This document shows positions 1 to 12,404 of a stretch of 64,000 nucleotides of DNA, piece by piece; positions within the stretch are counted from its first letter, which is position 1; the number at the start of each line of letters is the position of its first letter. The stretch is from Lingula anatina (lineage: Eukaryota > Animalia > Brachiopoda). The position numbers and the translations under genes are program-made. The stretch covers positions 58,196,788 to 58,260,787 of the forward strand of contig CM120640.1 of NCBI GenBank assembly GCA_051362555.1, written 5' to 3'. The notes below the pieces were generated by a model. The model was not told the origin of the DNA and did not search any database. It saw only the letters and a program-made list of their open reading frames with translations.

Positions 1-115
1 GGTTGACAAAACTGACCTTGCTAATTCATTTATATTATATTTTTTCTTACTAAGGTTTCTAAAACAGCAAATTGGTATGTGTTCTGAAAATGTAGGACAA
101 TTTCCATCTCCATAC

Positions 116-1349
116 TTTTGTTTCCAGGACCTTTCTCTGTCATATTTGGGGACTGTAGATATAGGTTTCCTCTTAACAGCACTTCTGGCCAGTTTTCTTT
201 TCACTTTCCTGAATTATACCAAAATAAATTGGATTCAAACTTACTTTAAACATATTGTAAAAAAAAAAAAAAAACAGACATTAAAAAAACTGCCTACACA
301 GTAGTTATACTAGATAACTGAATACTTTGTCACATAACTAAGATTCTCTACGTTGGTGAATGCACTAAATGGAGACAAATGGACAAAACTTTTCTGAAAA
401 TTAACTTCATGATATATGATTTAGAATTGCATAAGTGCCACATAATACAAACTTGTCTGGTTTCTTCATTGTCATCATGTATTCTGGTACTGGACACCCT
501 GCCTCCTGCATCACATTTGCTATGCTGCAAAATAATAAAACTGTATGATTTACAAAATGGACTTCATGACATGGAATAGTTATTATAATACAACAGTAAT
601 ATCCATAGACAACCCAGCGAGTTCAGTTTCACTGCGTTGTCTAGAGGTGTTATGTTGGTCTGTTTATGTTTACCTACAAATCAAACACTGAAAATGTAAA
701 GATTAAAAACATTTCCAAAATACATACAATCAACATATGGATCATCTTCCTACAGAGGACCCACATCATGGTTATGCTGAACTCTTACCGTTTCAAAAAA
801 GATACATATAAATACACAACTTTTTTCTAACCATATCACATTGCAGAATTACTTGAGTTGAAATTGCATTAAAATTATCATGTAACAAATATTCTTCACT
901 AACCTTCTCAAGTTAACAGCATCATTTTCAGTAAAAAAAGTGACTGCCCTTCCTGGTCTTCCAGCTCGCCCTGTACGACCTGAATGATGAAAGAATAAAA
1001 AAAAACTGACTGAACAACACTGCACCTAATCTTAATTTCTAAGAAATGCTTTTGATTTACACACAAATATTACCTTTGTTTTAACTGAAAAAAAAAAGCA
1101 TGAAAAAAACTTACCTATCCTATGTATATAACTGATGGCACTATTGGGGAAATCAAAGTTGACCACCAAATTAACTCCTTTAAAATCAATACCCCTTCCC
1201 ATGAGTTCGGTACAAATCAGCACCCATATTTTCCCAGCTCTAAAGCTTTTCACGACATTATCTCTCTGAAATATAAAATGCATAATATCTACCAAATCAT
1301 ACCATCTGACTGAAAGAGCATCATTTATGGATCTTTTAAGATGTTCAAA

Positions 1350-1392
<43 letters not shown>

Positions 1393-4300
1393 TTGAAAAT
1401 AAGGGCAGCATACTTTTTAAAATTAATATTTCACAAATGTGCTCCTTTTCCAGTGTGCTTTGTGTTGATGCTATCTCCCTCTCTTCCACACACCCCCCCC
1501 CCCCCCCCACCCACATAAAAATTACTTAAGAGAATAATTAAATAAAACAAACAACAAACACAGATATTACGTAAATAGTGGCCACTATCTGTAGCAGAAA
1601 AATAACCTGAAGTTGTGTTCTATCTGCATGGATGACGTCCACATTCATGCCATCATATATCAGCTCGCTGAACAATTCCTTGGCTCTCTCCTTAGACTGG
1701 AGAAAGATCAACACAGGAGGATGGAAGCCCTGGGATCAGAAGAGAAGTTGCTTTTTCAAGGAATTTTGTAACAGGAGATATCTTAATTCTACTTAGTGCA
1801 AAAAAAAAAAAAAAAAAAAAAAACATATCATACTTATTTTCACACATGACAAAATATGACTGTATGTCTGTCATATTGTGTGTAACCTCACCTTTTTGAA
1901 TATGTCTCTTAATGCCAATAGCTTTCCAGACTCATTTCCTACAAACACCAGTTCTTGCTGCACCAGGTCTGCAGCTGCATTCCTAAAATAAATAAAAATA
2001 ATGCCAAATTTAAGATCAGTCACAATAGCTTTTACATCCACTTTTATTAAACACAGGAATGAACACATATGGGGTGCAGCAAGGAATCGGATGCTGAAAC
2101 TGGCATCATAAGTCGCTGAGGGTCAAATCAACCATTCTCACCAGAGAGAGAAAGAGAGAAATAGATGTGTGCCCACAACCAGAATCTGGAGATTTCTGGT
2201 TTTAAATTAATATAAACTAATATAGATAAATCAAGATACCAGTTGGACCATAAAACACAATAACAGAAACCAGAACAAATTGACTTACCTAGCTCCAATA
2301 TACACAGAAAGTACATTATCTAAGTTAAGTCTGCACCATTCTTCAACTTCATCTGCAAATGTTGCACTAAACATACCACGTCTCACATTGGGATTGTCAC
2401 AGGCGTTATATATACAGGCCAGCTGGTACAAGAGAAACAAGAAAGGAATATATTAATAACCATGGTGACACCACTGATCAATATCATTAACCATAAATAG
2501 AAAAGCAATTAATATCACTTTTCATTTTAATTTGATATCTGTAATTCAAATCCAAAAGATGATGCACAAACAAAGAAAAAAAATGCTTACCTGGTCCCTA
2601 AAACCCTGCTTTCCTTCCTCAAATAACTTGTCAGATTCGTCTACAATTAACCACTCAACACTGGTAAAGAAAGAATAATGTATATATAAAGTTGCCAATT
2701 CCAAAGAGGGAAACACTTAGATTAGTTTATTTTCTTAGTGTTGCACCACACATAAAACCGTCACCAGGGACTTTCAGTGCTGTCTTTCAAGAAACCACCA
2801 ATGTACCTGTCCTCGTATACGTATTATGCCCTTGTATTCCTACAGACTATCTCCAGGTTTCCTTGGGTCTCCCTCTTCTCACTTTTACCCCACTAATGCC
2901 CCTATTTCACACAGACCACGAATCCCACGAATGGCCATGAATTGACAAATTTCACGATTCGTGGTTGAATCGTAATCAGTTCGTGAAATTCTTAACAGAT
3001 TCGTATATATTCGTAGTCAGTTCTTGTACTTCTTGACCAACAGGAATGGGTGGCAAAAACTTTGATGCCCCTATTTCACACAGACCACGAATCCCACGAA
3101 TCGCCAGGAATTGAAAATTTCAGGATTCGTGGTTGAATCGTAATCAGTTCGTGAAGTTCTTAACAGATTCGTATATAATCGTAGTAAGTTCTTGCAATTC
3201 TTGATCGATCGGGAATTCGTGGCAAAAATTTTAAGCTGTTCATAGTTTTGGCCACGAACTCCCGATTCCAAAAAATCATAGTGAATTTCTGGACAATATT
3301 CGTGCGATTCCAGCCAAATCCCACGAATATTCGTAACACTATTGCACCTGTATTGCAACTGAATCATAAAGCGTGTCGAACTAGACCAGAAAATTGGCAA
3401 AATCTCACGATTCCAGCCGAATCCCATGAATATTCGTAACACTATCGTACTTGTATCGTAAATGAATCGTGACCGTGTCGAATTAGACCAGAAAATTGGC
3501 AAAATCTCACGAATCCTAAAATTTGTCAATTCCTGGCGATTCGTGGGATTCGTGGTCTGTGTGAAATAGGGGCCTAACCCGGGGACATAATAGCTCTTTA
3601 AATATCCTCATCTGAATTTGGCATTGTGCTGATTTGTTTAGACATTTCACTGCTTATCATCATCATTTCTTACATTATTTCACCTTGAACACACTAACAT
3701 ATTTTCCCCAATAGAATCCAAGCATGAAATAGATTACCTGCTTAGCTTTATGATAGGTGGATCATGCTTCAATAAAAACACAAGTCTGTTTGGTGTTGTC
3801 ACCAGAACATCTAGAATAAAAATAAAAGAAATCAAAATAAATACCATTTCATAGTTTTAAAAATCATCACAATCAAAAGTAAGATCAGCAAGTGAGACAC
3901 ACTTGGCCAAACTCAACAAAGTGTGCTAGACTTCCATATATCCATTTAAAATACCCTATTCACTTACAGTATCAATACATCATTAATGTTTCATAAGTAA
4001 ATCTCAGATACACTGTATGACACATAACATAACTCTCTATTTCTTTCTGCATTTTTAAATGGCCTTTCAAGCTTACAAATGCTCCAATGCACACACAACT
4101 GCAATCAGCAACAATATACAATTTCTCACTTTCATGCATAAAAAAATTTCGTAAAATAAACAAATAATTACCAAATTTCTGAGAAACATGCTGTCCAGCT
4201 GTGATAGCCTTTTCAATAAAGTTTATGCGAAGACCAGTACCTTCAGCAAGCCTACAGCACTCCCTGTAAGTCTATCAAAGGCAAAACTATCAGCTTTCTA

Positions 4301-7072
4301 CCAAAAAGTATTAAAAATGTTCCAATTAAAATGTGCACATTTTAAGAAAACATCACTTACTTAACTAAATGCAGTTACAACAATAAACCAGTGACTGGAC
4401 AAAGCAGAAAACATCAAATCTAAAAGGAAATTTAGGGTATTGTAACCCTTTATTATCACCCAGATACCGAAAATGAGTTTTTTCCTGCATCTTATTACTG
4501 CAGTTACGTATCTATTTTTATGCTGATTTAAAACATTAAAAAACCTTTGAAATTTTAAAATATCGGCATTTATATTTCTTGTTGTCATGCATAAGCATAG
4601 GCAAGGCAGGCCTTTAATTGTCAATTTATCACATTTCTATTTTTAGGTGAGATAGCAATTGGTATGGAACATAGCTTCATCCCTGAACAAGATTTTATCA
4701 TGAAAATTGGCAGAGTTGACCAGAAGTATATGGGCTAAAATCCTGTCCTGTCATTTTGGTTTAAATGTTTTTGATATGGAGTTATGAGCCCCTAATTACA
4801 GATTTTCATTTAACAAAGGCATTATTTTATTTTATCAACGAAAATATCTTAACTAAGACTTTAAAGAAAAATTGCTGGTAAGGTTTTGGAGCATTAAATG
4901 GTGTCATTAAATCAGCCTTGAAACGGTGACCATGGGTGCTCAGGTAAAGAAGAAATTTGAGAAACCAATTTTTCATATCACCCGTAAGATGACACATGTG
5001 TAAATGTTAATTAATTTAGTCACTGAACATTGAAGATTTATCTATTACCAAAAAGAATATATGTAAGGCAGTAGATAAGGAGTGTTGATAAGTCAGTAGA
5101 TAAGGAATATCACTAAGTCAAACCTCCAACTTTTCCATCCCAATAAAAATATTTATTTTAAATGAACCATTTAGCTGACTGCTTATATGTCAAGGCAGTA
5201 CAAAAACTGGATATAAATTCATACTAAAATGGGATTCCAACTTAGTGTCCACCCACCTGCTTGGCTAGTTCTCTGGTTGGAGCAAGTATCAGTGCCCTTA
5301 TCCCAGTGTTCCTGGGCTCACATAAGTGGTGGAGAACAGGGAGAACAAAGGCTGCAGTCTTCCCTGAGCCTGTGGGGGCACATGCCAGTAGTTCCCTTCT
5401 CTACAACAAAAAACAGAAAAATATTTTTGTAATTTGAGATTTGGACAGACTGACGACCTTTTGATTAAAATGCCAAAAGTACATGATATAATTCTTATTT
5501 GTGGTGGTCTTCCATGTATAATTTAAGTTGACAAACCAAAAGAAAAAAAAAACTCTAGCAACTGACAAAAATACCAGCTCAATTAATTTTAAGAGTCAGC
5601 TTGCAAATGCTTTTTTGATGGTATACCAAACAATATACTTACATGCAACATAGCTGGTATTGCCTGCATCTGAATTGGTGTTGGTACATTGTAGCCATGG
5701 GCTTTCACATTGTCTAATATCTTTGGGTTAACTTTGTGCATATCTTTCAATTGTTCAAATGAAGCAATTGGGTCTGGAATATCAGTGCCATGTACATGGA
5801 TTCTGTGCTGTTTACGGAAATGATTGACCTGAAAATATTATATATTTTATGTAATATGCTGCAGAATCCTATAAAATATCATAAATACAGTCATATTTTG
5901 GAATTATGATGTAAACCAATTTAATGCAGCCAACCTGTTTCTATATCTTTTATAGGATTAAAACATCTGTGTAACCAATGTCTAAAGATTAATATTTTCC
6001 TAACACGGTTTTTTCTTCTTCTATTTTGAAAAATACCCCAAATCATTCAAGCAACCATTTATGTATTCATACACAGTTTTATAAACAAAAGATAAAAAAG
6101 AAAGCAAATGATAAATCATTATGAACCTTTTCTTGCTTCAGGTCAGTTTTTTTGGCATTCTTCTTGTTGCTTTTCTTTTTCTTTCTTTTTCTGCTTTCTG
6201 ACTTTGTCTCAAGTCCACTGGACTTTATATTCCCTAACAACTGCAGCTCTTGTGATGGCATGTTCTCTTCAAGGACAACATCATTTTCACTGTCACTTTC
6301 ACCTGAAATTATCATCAAAATGAAATCAATTTCTCTATGAAATTTCAAAGTGAAATACAAACATTGCCACACATCTAACAGCAAAATTAAATGACAATCT
6401 ACCAACATAAAAGACATTACAGTTACAAACATAAAAATATTGTAATACTTTGAAGGATAATTTTTCACTGATGGAATTCTTTTCACTTAAAAAGTATATA
6501 TATACCATCTTTGTGTTCACCATGAGTGATAGAACTCTGTTTTGATGCATCTCCAAAGAAATCAAGAGTGGCTGCAATTCCATCAGATTGGTCTTTTTCT
6601 TTCTTGGGTCTAATTATCTAAAATAAAATATATAGCATGGCAAACATTAATTGATCATAACTGCAAACGCTGCTTTTATCAAATAATAATATATATATAA
6701 TTATCAGGAGAAATAAATATGTATTCTCGGAGATTAAAATCAAACCCTACAATCTTACAAAAAAATGTAACTTACAGATACATTGCAATCGTCCATCAAA
6801 ATTACAACCAATGAACATTCCGAATTTCAATAATGCTTCTATGTATACATATGTATGTTACTAGTAGTAGTACCAGCAGAAGTACTATGAGTGGTAGCTA
6901 GTCCCAGAAGTACACCCTAGCTATAGCTGATTCATATATAATTTCCTTATTGGCCAGTTTTAAGGTGAATAGTGATAATTATTACCTCTAACTTCTCCGC
7001 ATCACCTTTAAAACGCTTAAAATCGAATTTAGCGCCTGCTCCTAGCAGCCGAAATAAGTCCTTCGCCTCCAT
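116..7072 (-). CDS. DDX52: DEAD-box RNA helicase DDX52/ROK1, ~15 exons in the window, 3'-partial (no stop codon in the window)
   Basis: Manual splicing. Exon 1 (7072-6986) reads [21 protein letters not shown], matching the DDX52 N-terminus. Q-motif [10 protein letters not shown] (~5660-5690); Walker A APTGSGKT and APTRELA (~5260-5400); VLVTTPNRL (~3790); motif [11 protein letters not shown], the DESD form typical of DDX52 (~2620-2650); FSAT (~2360); [10 protein letters not shown] and YIHRIGRTGRAG (~950-1215); [16 protein letters not shown] (~452-525). Last visible exon 208-116. Introns are GT-AG and phase-compatible. Confidence 0.96.
591..657. other. Imperfect ~30-bp stem-loop in a DDX52 intron
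   Basis: Arms caacagtaatatccatagacaacccagcgag / ttcactgcgttgtctagaggtgttatgttg pair with a few mismatches and wobbles around a ~6-nt loop. Core TAGACAAC (606-613) / GTTGTCTA (636-643). Confidence 0.6.
1353..1388. repeat. (GT)18 microsatellite in a DDX52 intron
   Basis: Pure GT dinucleotide run, read directly. Confidence 0.97.
2897..3574. mobile_element. Non-autonomous PIF/Harbinger-type MITE with a duplicated left end
   Basis: TIR of ~60 bp, (T/G)GCCCCTATTTCACACAGACCACGAATCCCACGAAT..., with its reverse complement ending ...GTGTGAAATAGGGGCC at 3574. TAA flanks both ends (2894-2896, 3575-3577); a 3-bp TWA TSD is typical of PIF/Harbinger. The left 169 bp occurs twice (2897 and 3066). Internal ~103-bp tandem duplication at ~3305-3512. 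CpG-rich relative to the flanks. Confidence 0.85.
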
Positions 7073-7389
7073 GCCTGCAGGTTCTCGAGATTAAGTGAAA
7101 AACGAGGATCGAGTTTCAAAATACATCTTGACTTCTTGAGTTATAATAGCTCATGATAAATACATGTGTGATAAAATAGACTTATCTCCTCCTCCGTTTT
7201 CTCTTTCATTTTACAATATTGTGTACTAAAGGTCTACACAAAATTGTAAAATAATCATAAAATATAGTGCACACATTCGAGAGTAAAGAATGACCTTTTA
7301 CCTTGTTTGACCTCATTACCAGCAGGATCTCAACTGCACAGGTGTTGGCATTCGAAGGTATCTCTTGCGGTTCTTGTTCAAAACTCAAG
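7073..7389. promoter_or_regulatory. Putative bidirectional promoter between DDX52 and the C6orf89-like gene
   Basis: Divergent ATGs at 7072 (-) and 7390 (+) leave only 317 bp. Local CpG enrichment. Confidence 0.7.
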
Positions 7390-10300
7390 ATGGGAGAAGA
7401 AAAGTTGACAGAGGAAGAGAAGAAGATGAGCATGGATGAAAGGCTTGACAAGATCAACAATGAAATTTATTTGTTGTATAAAATGTGTTTAGATAATGGG
7501 TACAAGCCCAAAGAAATAGAGCAGTTTGCCCAGCCCATTCTTAGCAGTGTGACAGAGGCTAGGAGAAGACGGTACATGAAGCGGATGTTATTTGGAGCTG
7601 TTGTTTTAGCTCTAATAGCATGTTTCATATACTACGAACCGGTGTATCGTGGTATTCAGTTCTACTTTAGGGTTGGACTAATGAATGTAAGTTTAATTGT
7701 GATGTTTAACTTCGTTGTATTTCACTTTTATTTATTATTTTCTTTTGGGGGGGAGGGGGCGGGGGTATAAGTATGTTTTTCAATATCATTTAATTTTTGT
7801 TTAAATGAATTAAATTAAATAACGTAAAGTTAAATAAAATTGAATAAAATTAAATATAGGAAATTTAAATATAGGAAGAGGTTGCCAACTTGCATTAACG
7901 TAAATTTAATCATAATATTTATTTATTTTCTTATCATTTATTTATTCATTGGCATTTTTATTTATACATTTACTCATTAAGAAAACTTTTTATTAAGATC
8001 CATGTTTTTTGTCTGGATTGTTTGAGTAGCTTCTTCCCTACTGGAACTGGAGTAAGCTGTACAACAGAGAGTGCCTGGTAGACAACCCATTCTATGAAGG
8101 TGATAAGTTGACTGAAGAAGATTGCAAGGTACATATATGAATATGTGTAATAAAATTTTTATAAATCTCACACTGAATCCAATACATTTCCTTTGGTTTA
8201 AAATGATATATTTTAGGGATGAGCATTTCAGAGAAATGCAGGGGGTTTATGTTTCTGTTCACTTTCTCCCTATTGACCTCTCCATTCACCCACATTTTTT
8301 ACACTTTTTTGTAATGTCATAGTCTACATATTGAATCTATGTAAGGTGCATAAAACTAAAAACCTTGAAATACATCCACCTCATAAAGGCAGCCAGTCAT
8401 GCATACCTATACTTGGAAGAAGTAGGTTGCACCTCTATTGAGAGTCAGTCGACCATTTGACCCAGCATACATGCACCACCTAAACTCTGTATAATATTTA
8501 TCTGTTTTAGTATTGTTAAGCTGACATATTGCTCTGCCTTCCCTTTAAAGGTATGGAATAGTGGCCAAACAACTTTCATAAAATTGTGGTTTTAAGCAAG
8601 AAAGAAATAAAAAATGCCACACATAATATGCAAATGTACTTTTTTGCCTTTAAGATAAACCTATGGTGTCTTACACCAAAATTTTCCTCAGTCATATTTC
8701 TAGCAATTCATTGTATATTTATTGCCCCAGTGAACAATGTTCTCCTGTTACAGGATGGTGTAGATTGTATCATATGCATGAAAGATGTTGAAAGCTTTTG
8801 TTTGTTTGATTATTTTATGATTTTTCCATGTGAAAGGTTGAGATATACTGTGAACTTTTAGAGCGGTTATTTCATAGAAATAAGATACATGACCAAATGG
8901 CAATGAAAGAACATATTCAGTAGTATATTATGATCTTTTTATCAGTCCTTTTGCAATTTTATTAAAATAATCTTAAATGCAATTCACATTTGAAAGAAAA
9001 AATGAGAGAGTGAGACAAACTAATTGAAGAAAGAATTAACTGATTATATTTTTTATAGCTGTGTGCAAATCTGACTGACATCCCTCGTCTTCAAAATGTC
9101 AGTGAAGCAGACATGGCAGACAAGTACATTACTCCAGAGGTCCCAGTGATTATAACAGATGCTATGGAGAACTGGCCTGCTAGAGACTTGTTTTCTTTAG
9201 AGTGGCTGATAGAAGTAAGCATACATCAGTATGATGGGAAGTGTTACCGAGATACCATTTTTATTTACCTGTTATTTGCCTACACTTGATAAATGCACAT
9301 GAATAATTAAGAAACTACTTATGAAACTTGGGCATGAATAAAAGAATACTACTTTTTATTGCATTTTTAAGTACCAATTATTTTGCTCAGCTTATTAATA
9401 CACTCAAAAATACCCTGTAAATATACATTTGTGAGACACATCACTATTAGCTTTGCAATGAATGGGCACATTTTTAAACAACAATAGCTCAGAAACATAT
9501 TGTTTTGATTTTGAAAACATATGCACTTCTATAATACTTTTTTTGTAGCAATACGAAAATGTACCTCAGCTGAAGAAAGGGCGATATTGTGACTATTATA
9601 GCAATTACAAGTTGAAATTAGGATCTGTGAGAATTTTTCTGAAGGCTATAGCAACTGGGAAGCTCAAAAAGTTCTATGCTAGATGGTAATTATGATTTTA
9701 AAAAGATATGCTGTGTTACACCCCATAAAAACGTTTCCATTTTTATGTCCACTGTGATAATTATCTTTTGTGTATTTTGTCATTTTGTCATCCTAGGTTA
9801 GATTATAGTTGCTTGTTGTATGTTATGAATTAAGCAGTGGCAAATTTTTGTTTGCAGGGAAAACTGTGACAAGGCCACAGCCAAAGTATTTCGTGAGTAC
9901 TACAACAACAGACCATATTTTCTGCCTCCCATGGTGGAGCAAGCAGACAGCAATATGTTTGTCATTTCCTCAAATTACACACAAGGAAAATACAAGCCTG
10001 TAAGTGACTGTGATCTAAATATTTACTCTTTTACAGTTTGTTCCATATTGATTTCCATATATTTGAAATCATTAACAAAATATAAACACTGCAACAAGTG
10101 TTATTCTTATACTGAATATAATTTTGGAATTCATATATTTTGTCCGATTTCATATAAAAAAATCATGTGCCTGACTCTTACTGTTGGAAAGAAATCATTG
10201 ATTTGATAGCCATTACTGATTAATTTATATTTGTTCCAGATTTATACTGATAGTTCCTTGATTTGGTATGCACAGATTAAAGGAGCTGCAGAGATCAGAA

Positions 10301-10724
10301 TTAAAGCATACAGTCCATGTAATGCCACATGCCCTGAACTAAAAACAACTCTTCATCCTGGGGAAATCTGTAAGTGGATGTGCAGTGTTTAATTCTGTAA
10401 AATGCGATTTCACATTGGAAAATCTCATTTCCTGACTTAAAAAAGTCTTGATGTTGTTTTGTGTATGCTTTTAAAAGATATTTTTGTGAAGAGCCTAAAA
10501 TTAATGATAATTGAAATTAATGTATTGTTACACATGAAGTAGAATGTCTAGTTTTGCACCTGTTCTGTGGTTTTGTTTTATAACTAAATACTCGTAAATT
10601 TTCACTCACTTTTTCAGTGGTTGTGTCACAGATGCTATGGATGCTGGATGTAATGGTGAATGACCCCGGTGAAAGTATTGCCATTGCTGCTGGGGGGAAA
10701 TATGATACTGTCCCCGCTGCATAG
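7390..10724 (+). CDS. C6orf89/bombesin receptor-activated protein (BRAP)-like type II membrane protein, 7 exons
   Basis: Exons at ~7390-7686, 8030-8128, 9059-9214, 9549-9685, 9858-9999, 10240-10369 and 10618-10724 splice in frame. A basic stretch precedes a TM helix (RRRRYMKRMLFGAVVLALIACFIYY). Motifs recalled from the C6orf89 family follow: LPYWNWSKLYNRECLVDNPF, CKLC, PVIITDAM, WENC..AK.FR.YY.RPYFLPP, WYAQIKG, CNATC. Ends GGKYDTVPAA*. Confidence 0.75.
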
Positions 10725-12404
10725 TAATTATGCCTTCCATCACTGATGGCTGTTATGTTGACCTATATTATTACATTTTTGTTTTTGGACAACATGTGGA
10801 CCCAGTGGATCCAGATAATGTTATTCCTGAGGTGATTTTATAAAATGAAATGGTATACACTTCCTGATAATCATTGATGGAAGTCTGATAATTTTGATGC
10901 TGTGCTGTACCTGAACTGCAAGAGTCAGTTTTTGTTTTTGGCCATTGCTTGACTTATTGTCATTATATTAGTGAAAAGTTTGTATTACTTTTACGCCTAT
11001 CAGTTGGGATAAACGTATAATACTAAAGAAGAAAATGGCATAATCAAATATTGTTTAACTTTTAAAAAGATTTGCTTTAGTTGTCATTTGATACCAAAAT
11101 TTTTAAAAATTTTGTTAAAGTAATTATGGAACTGATTAAAGAATGAAAATGATTGTGATAAGAATATATCAAGTATTACTCCTAATTTCCCATTAAGAAT
11201 CTTCACTTATATTTTGCAGCATGCAATTTTCTGGAATGCTTACAGTGTAGTGATATTAACGTTAGACCTAACTTTATTTGTTATTCAGGCACTAGTTTTA
11301 GAATTATTCTTTTTATTTTCAAATATCTGTGACTTTAGGGAGATAGATTTGTATTCAGACAACTTTTTTTATTCAGATACTGTTAAGATTTTTTTTGTTA
11401 AATGTTACTGTCCTGTTTTCTTTCTTAATTCAAACTCCACTGTTTTTAACTTTTTAGTTTAACAATTAAGGTGAAAAAAGGGATTTTTGATTATTACTAT
11501 AACATTTTATTCAGCTTATTAAGAGAATCTCGGCCTCAAAATCAGAGACAAATTTCATTTGTTTTGAAATATAATAATGAAAAAAATAAATAAATAAATG
11601 ACAGCAGAACAATGCCAGTTACTATGTAAACTGAAGATCAGTTGTTAAAAAAATTTTTATTTGCAAGTAAAATAGATATCGATATTAAACAATAATATAG
11701 AGAATTAAATTCACTAAATGAGTAATTAATAAAGTCTTTAATTAAAATTGTAAAGATGAAATAAAACATTTGGTACTTAGAGGATATTTAAAAATACATT
11801 GATTCCTTTTTTAAAAAACACACTAAAGCTCTGGGCAGTTTTTAAAATTAGTCAGTGCCCAAGGTATGAATGTCTTTGAAAACAGTATATTGTATGAATA
11901 AAGGATCATATTAAAAGCAATTTGATAGTAATGGGTATTATTTGTTCAGTTTCATATTGTTGGCTCATGCTTGTGTATATCATAAGAGTCCTTTATTTTA
12001 AGTACCAGCTCTTTGTGGATTAATTTGTGAACCAAAATAACAAGAATGTCAGTAATCCATAAAAGATTCTATATTAATTATGATAGTAGTAGTATTTATT
12101 TGCTTAAGAGGAGATAATCAATTTTATGACACTAAATATGTGAGCGGTTTGGTGATTTTCATTTAAAAATGAACATGAAATTCCGACATTCCTTAGATCT
12201 ACTACAACCATGAAACAAACAAAAAAATGCCTGACGTTCTGTTGCCACCAGACCGATATTAAAAAAAATCAAAAGCTGATTTAAAGAGAATTTAAAACAG
12301 AATGTGTTAGCTGTGTCTCTTTTGAGATAAACACATATGTCACTCCTACCGCATTGTGCATATACATGTATTTCCGGAAGATAAGATTTGCACTTGCAGT
12401 AAAA

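Noticed and set aside
1327-1529. (CV)n / poly-Pro ORFs
   Set aside because: Translation artefacts of the (GT)n microsatellite and a C-tract in an intron.
2068-2160. GC-richer intronic segment in DDX52 as a snoRNA
   Set aside because: No convincing paired C/D boxes with a terminal stem, and no H/ACA architecture, on the host strand.
3071-3529. 152-aa ORF as a transposase or novel protein
   Set aside because: It lies wholly inside the MITE, its internal peptide repeat mirrors the DNA duplication, and it has no DDE motif.
11677-11684. TATCGATA (DRE) upstream of CNK
   Set aside because: A single 8-mer in AT-rich DNA ~720 bp from the ATG; another copy occurs in a POLQ intron (~39466), consistent with chance.
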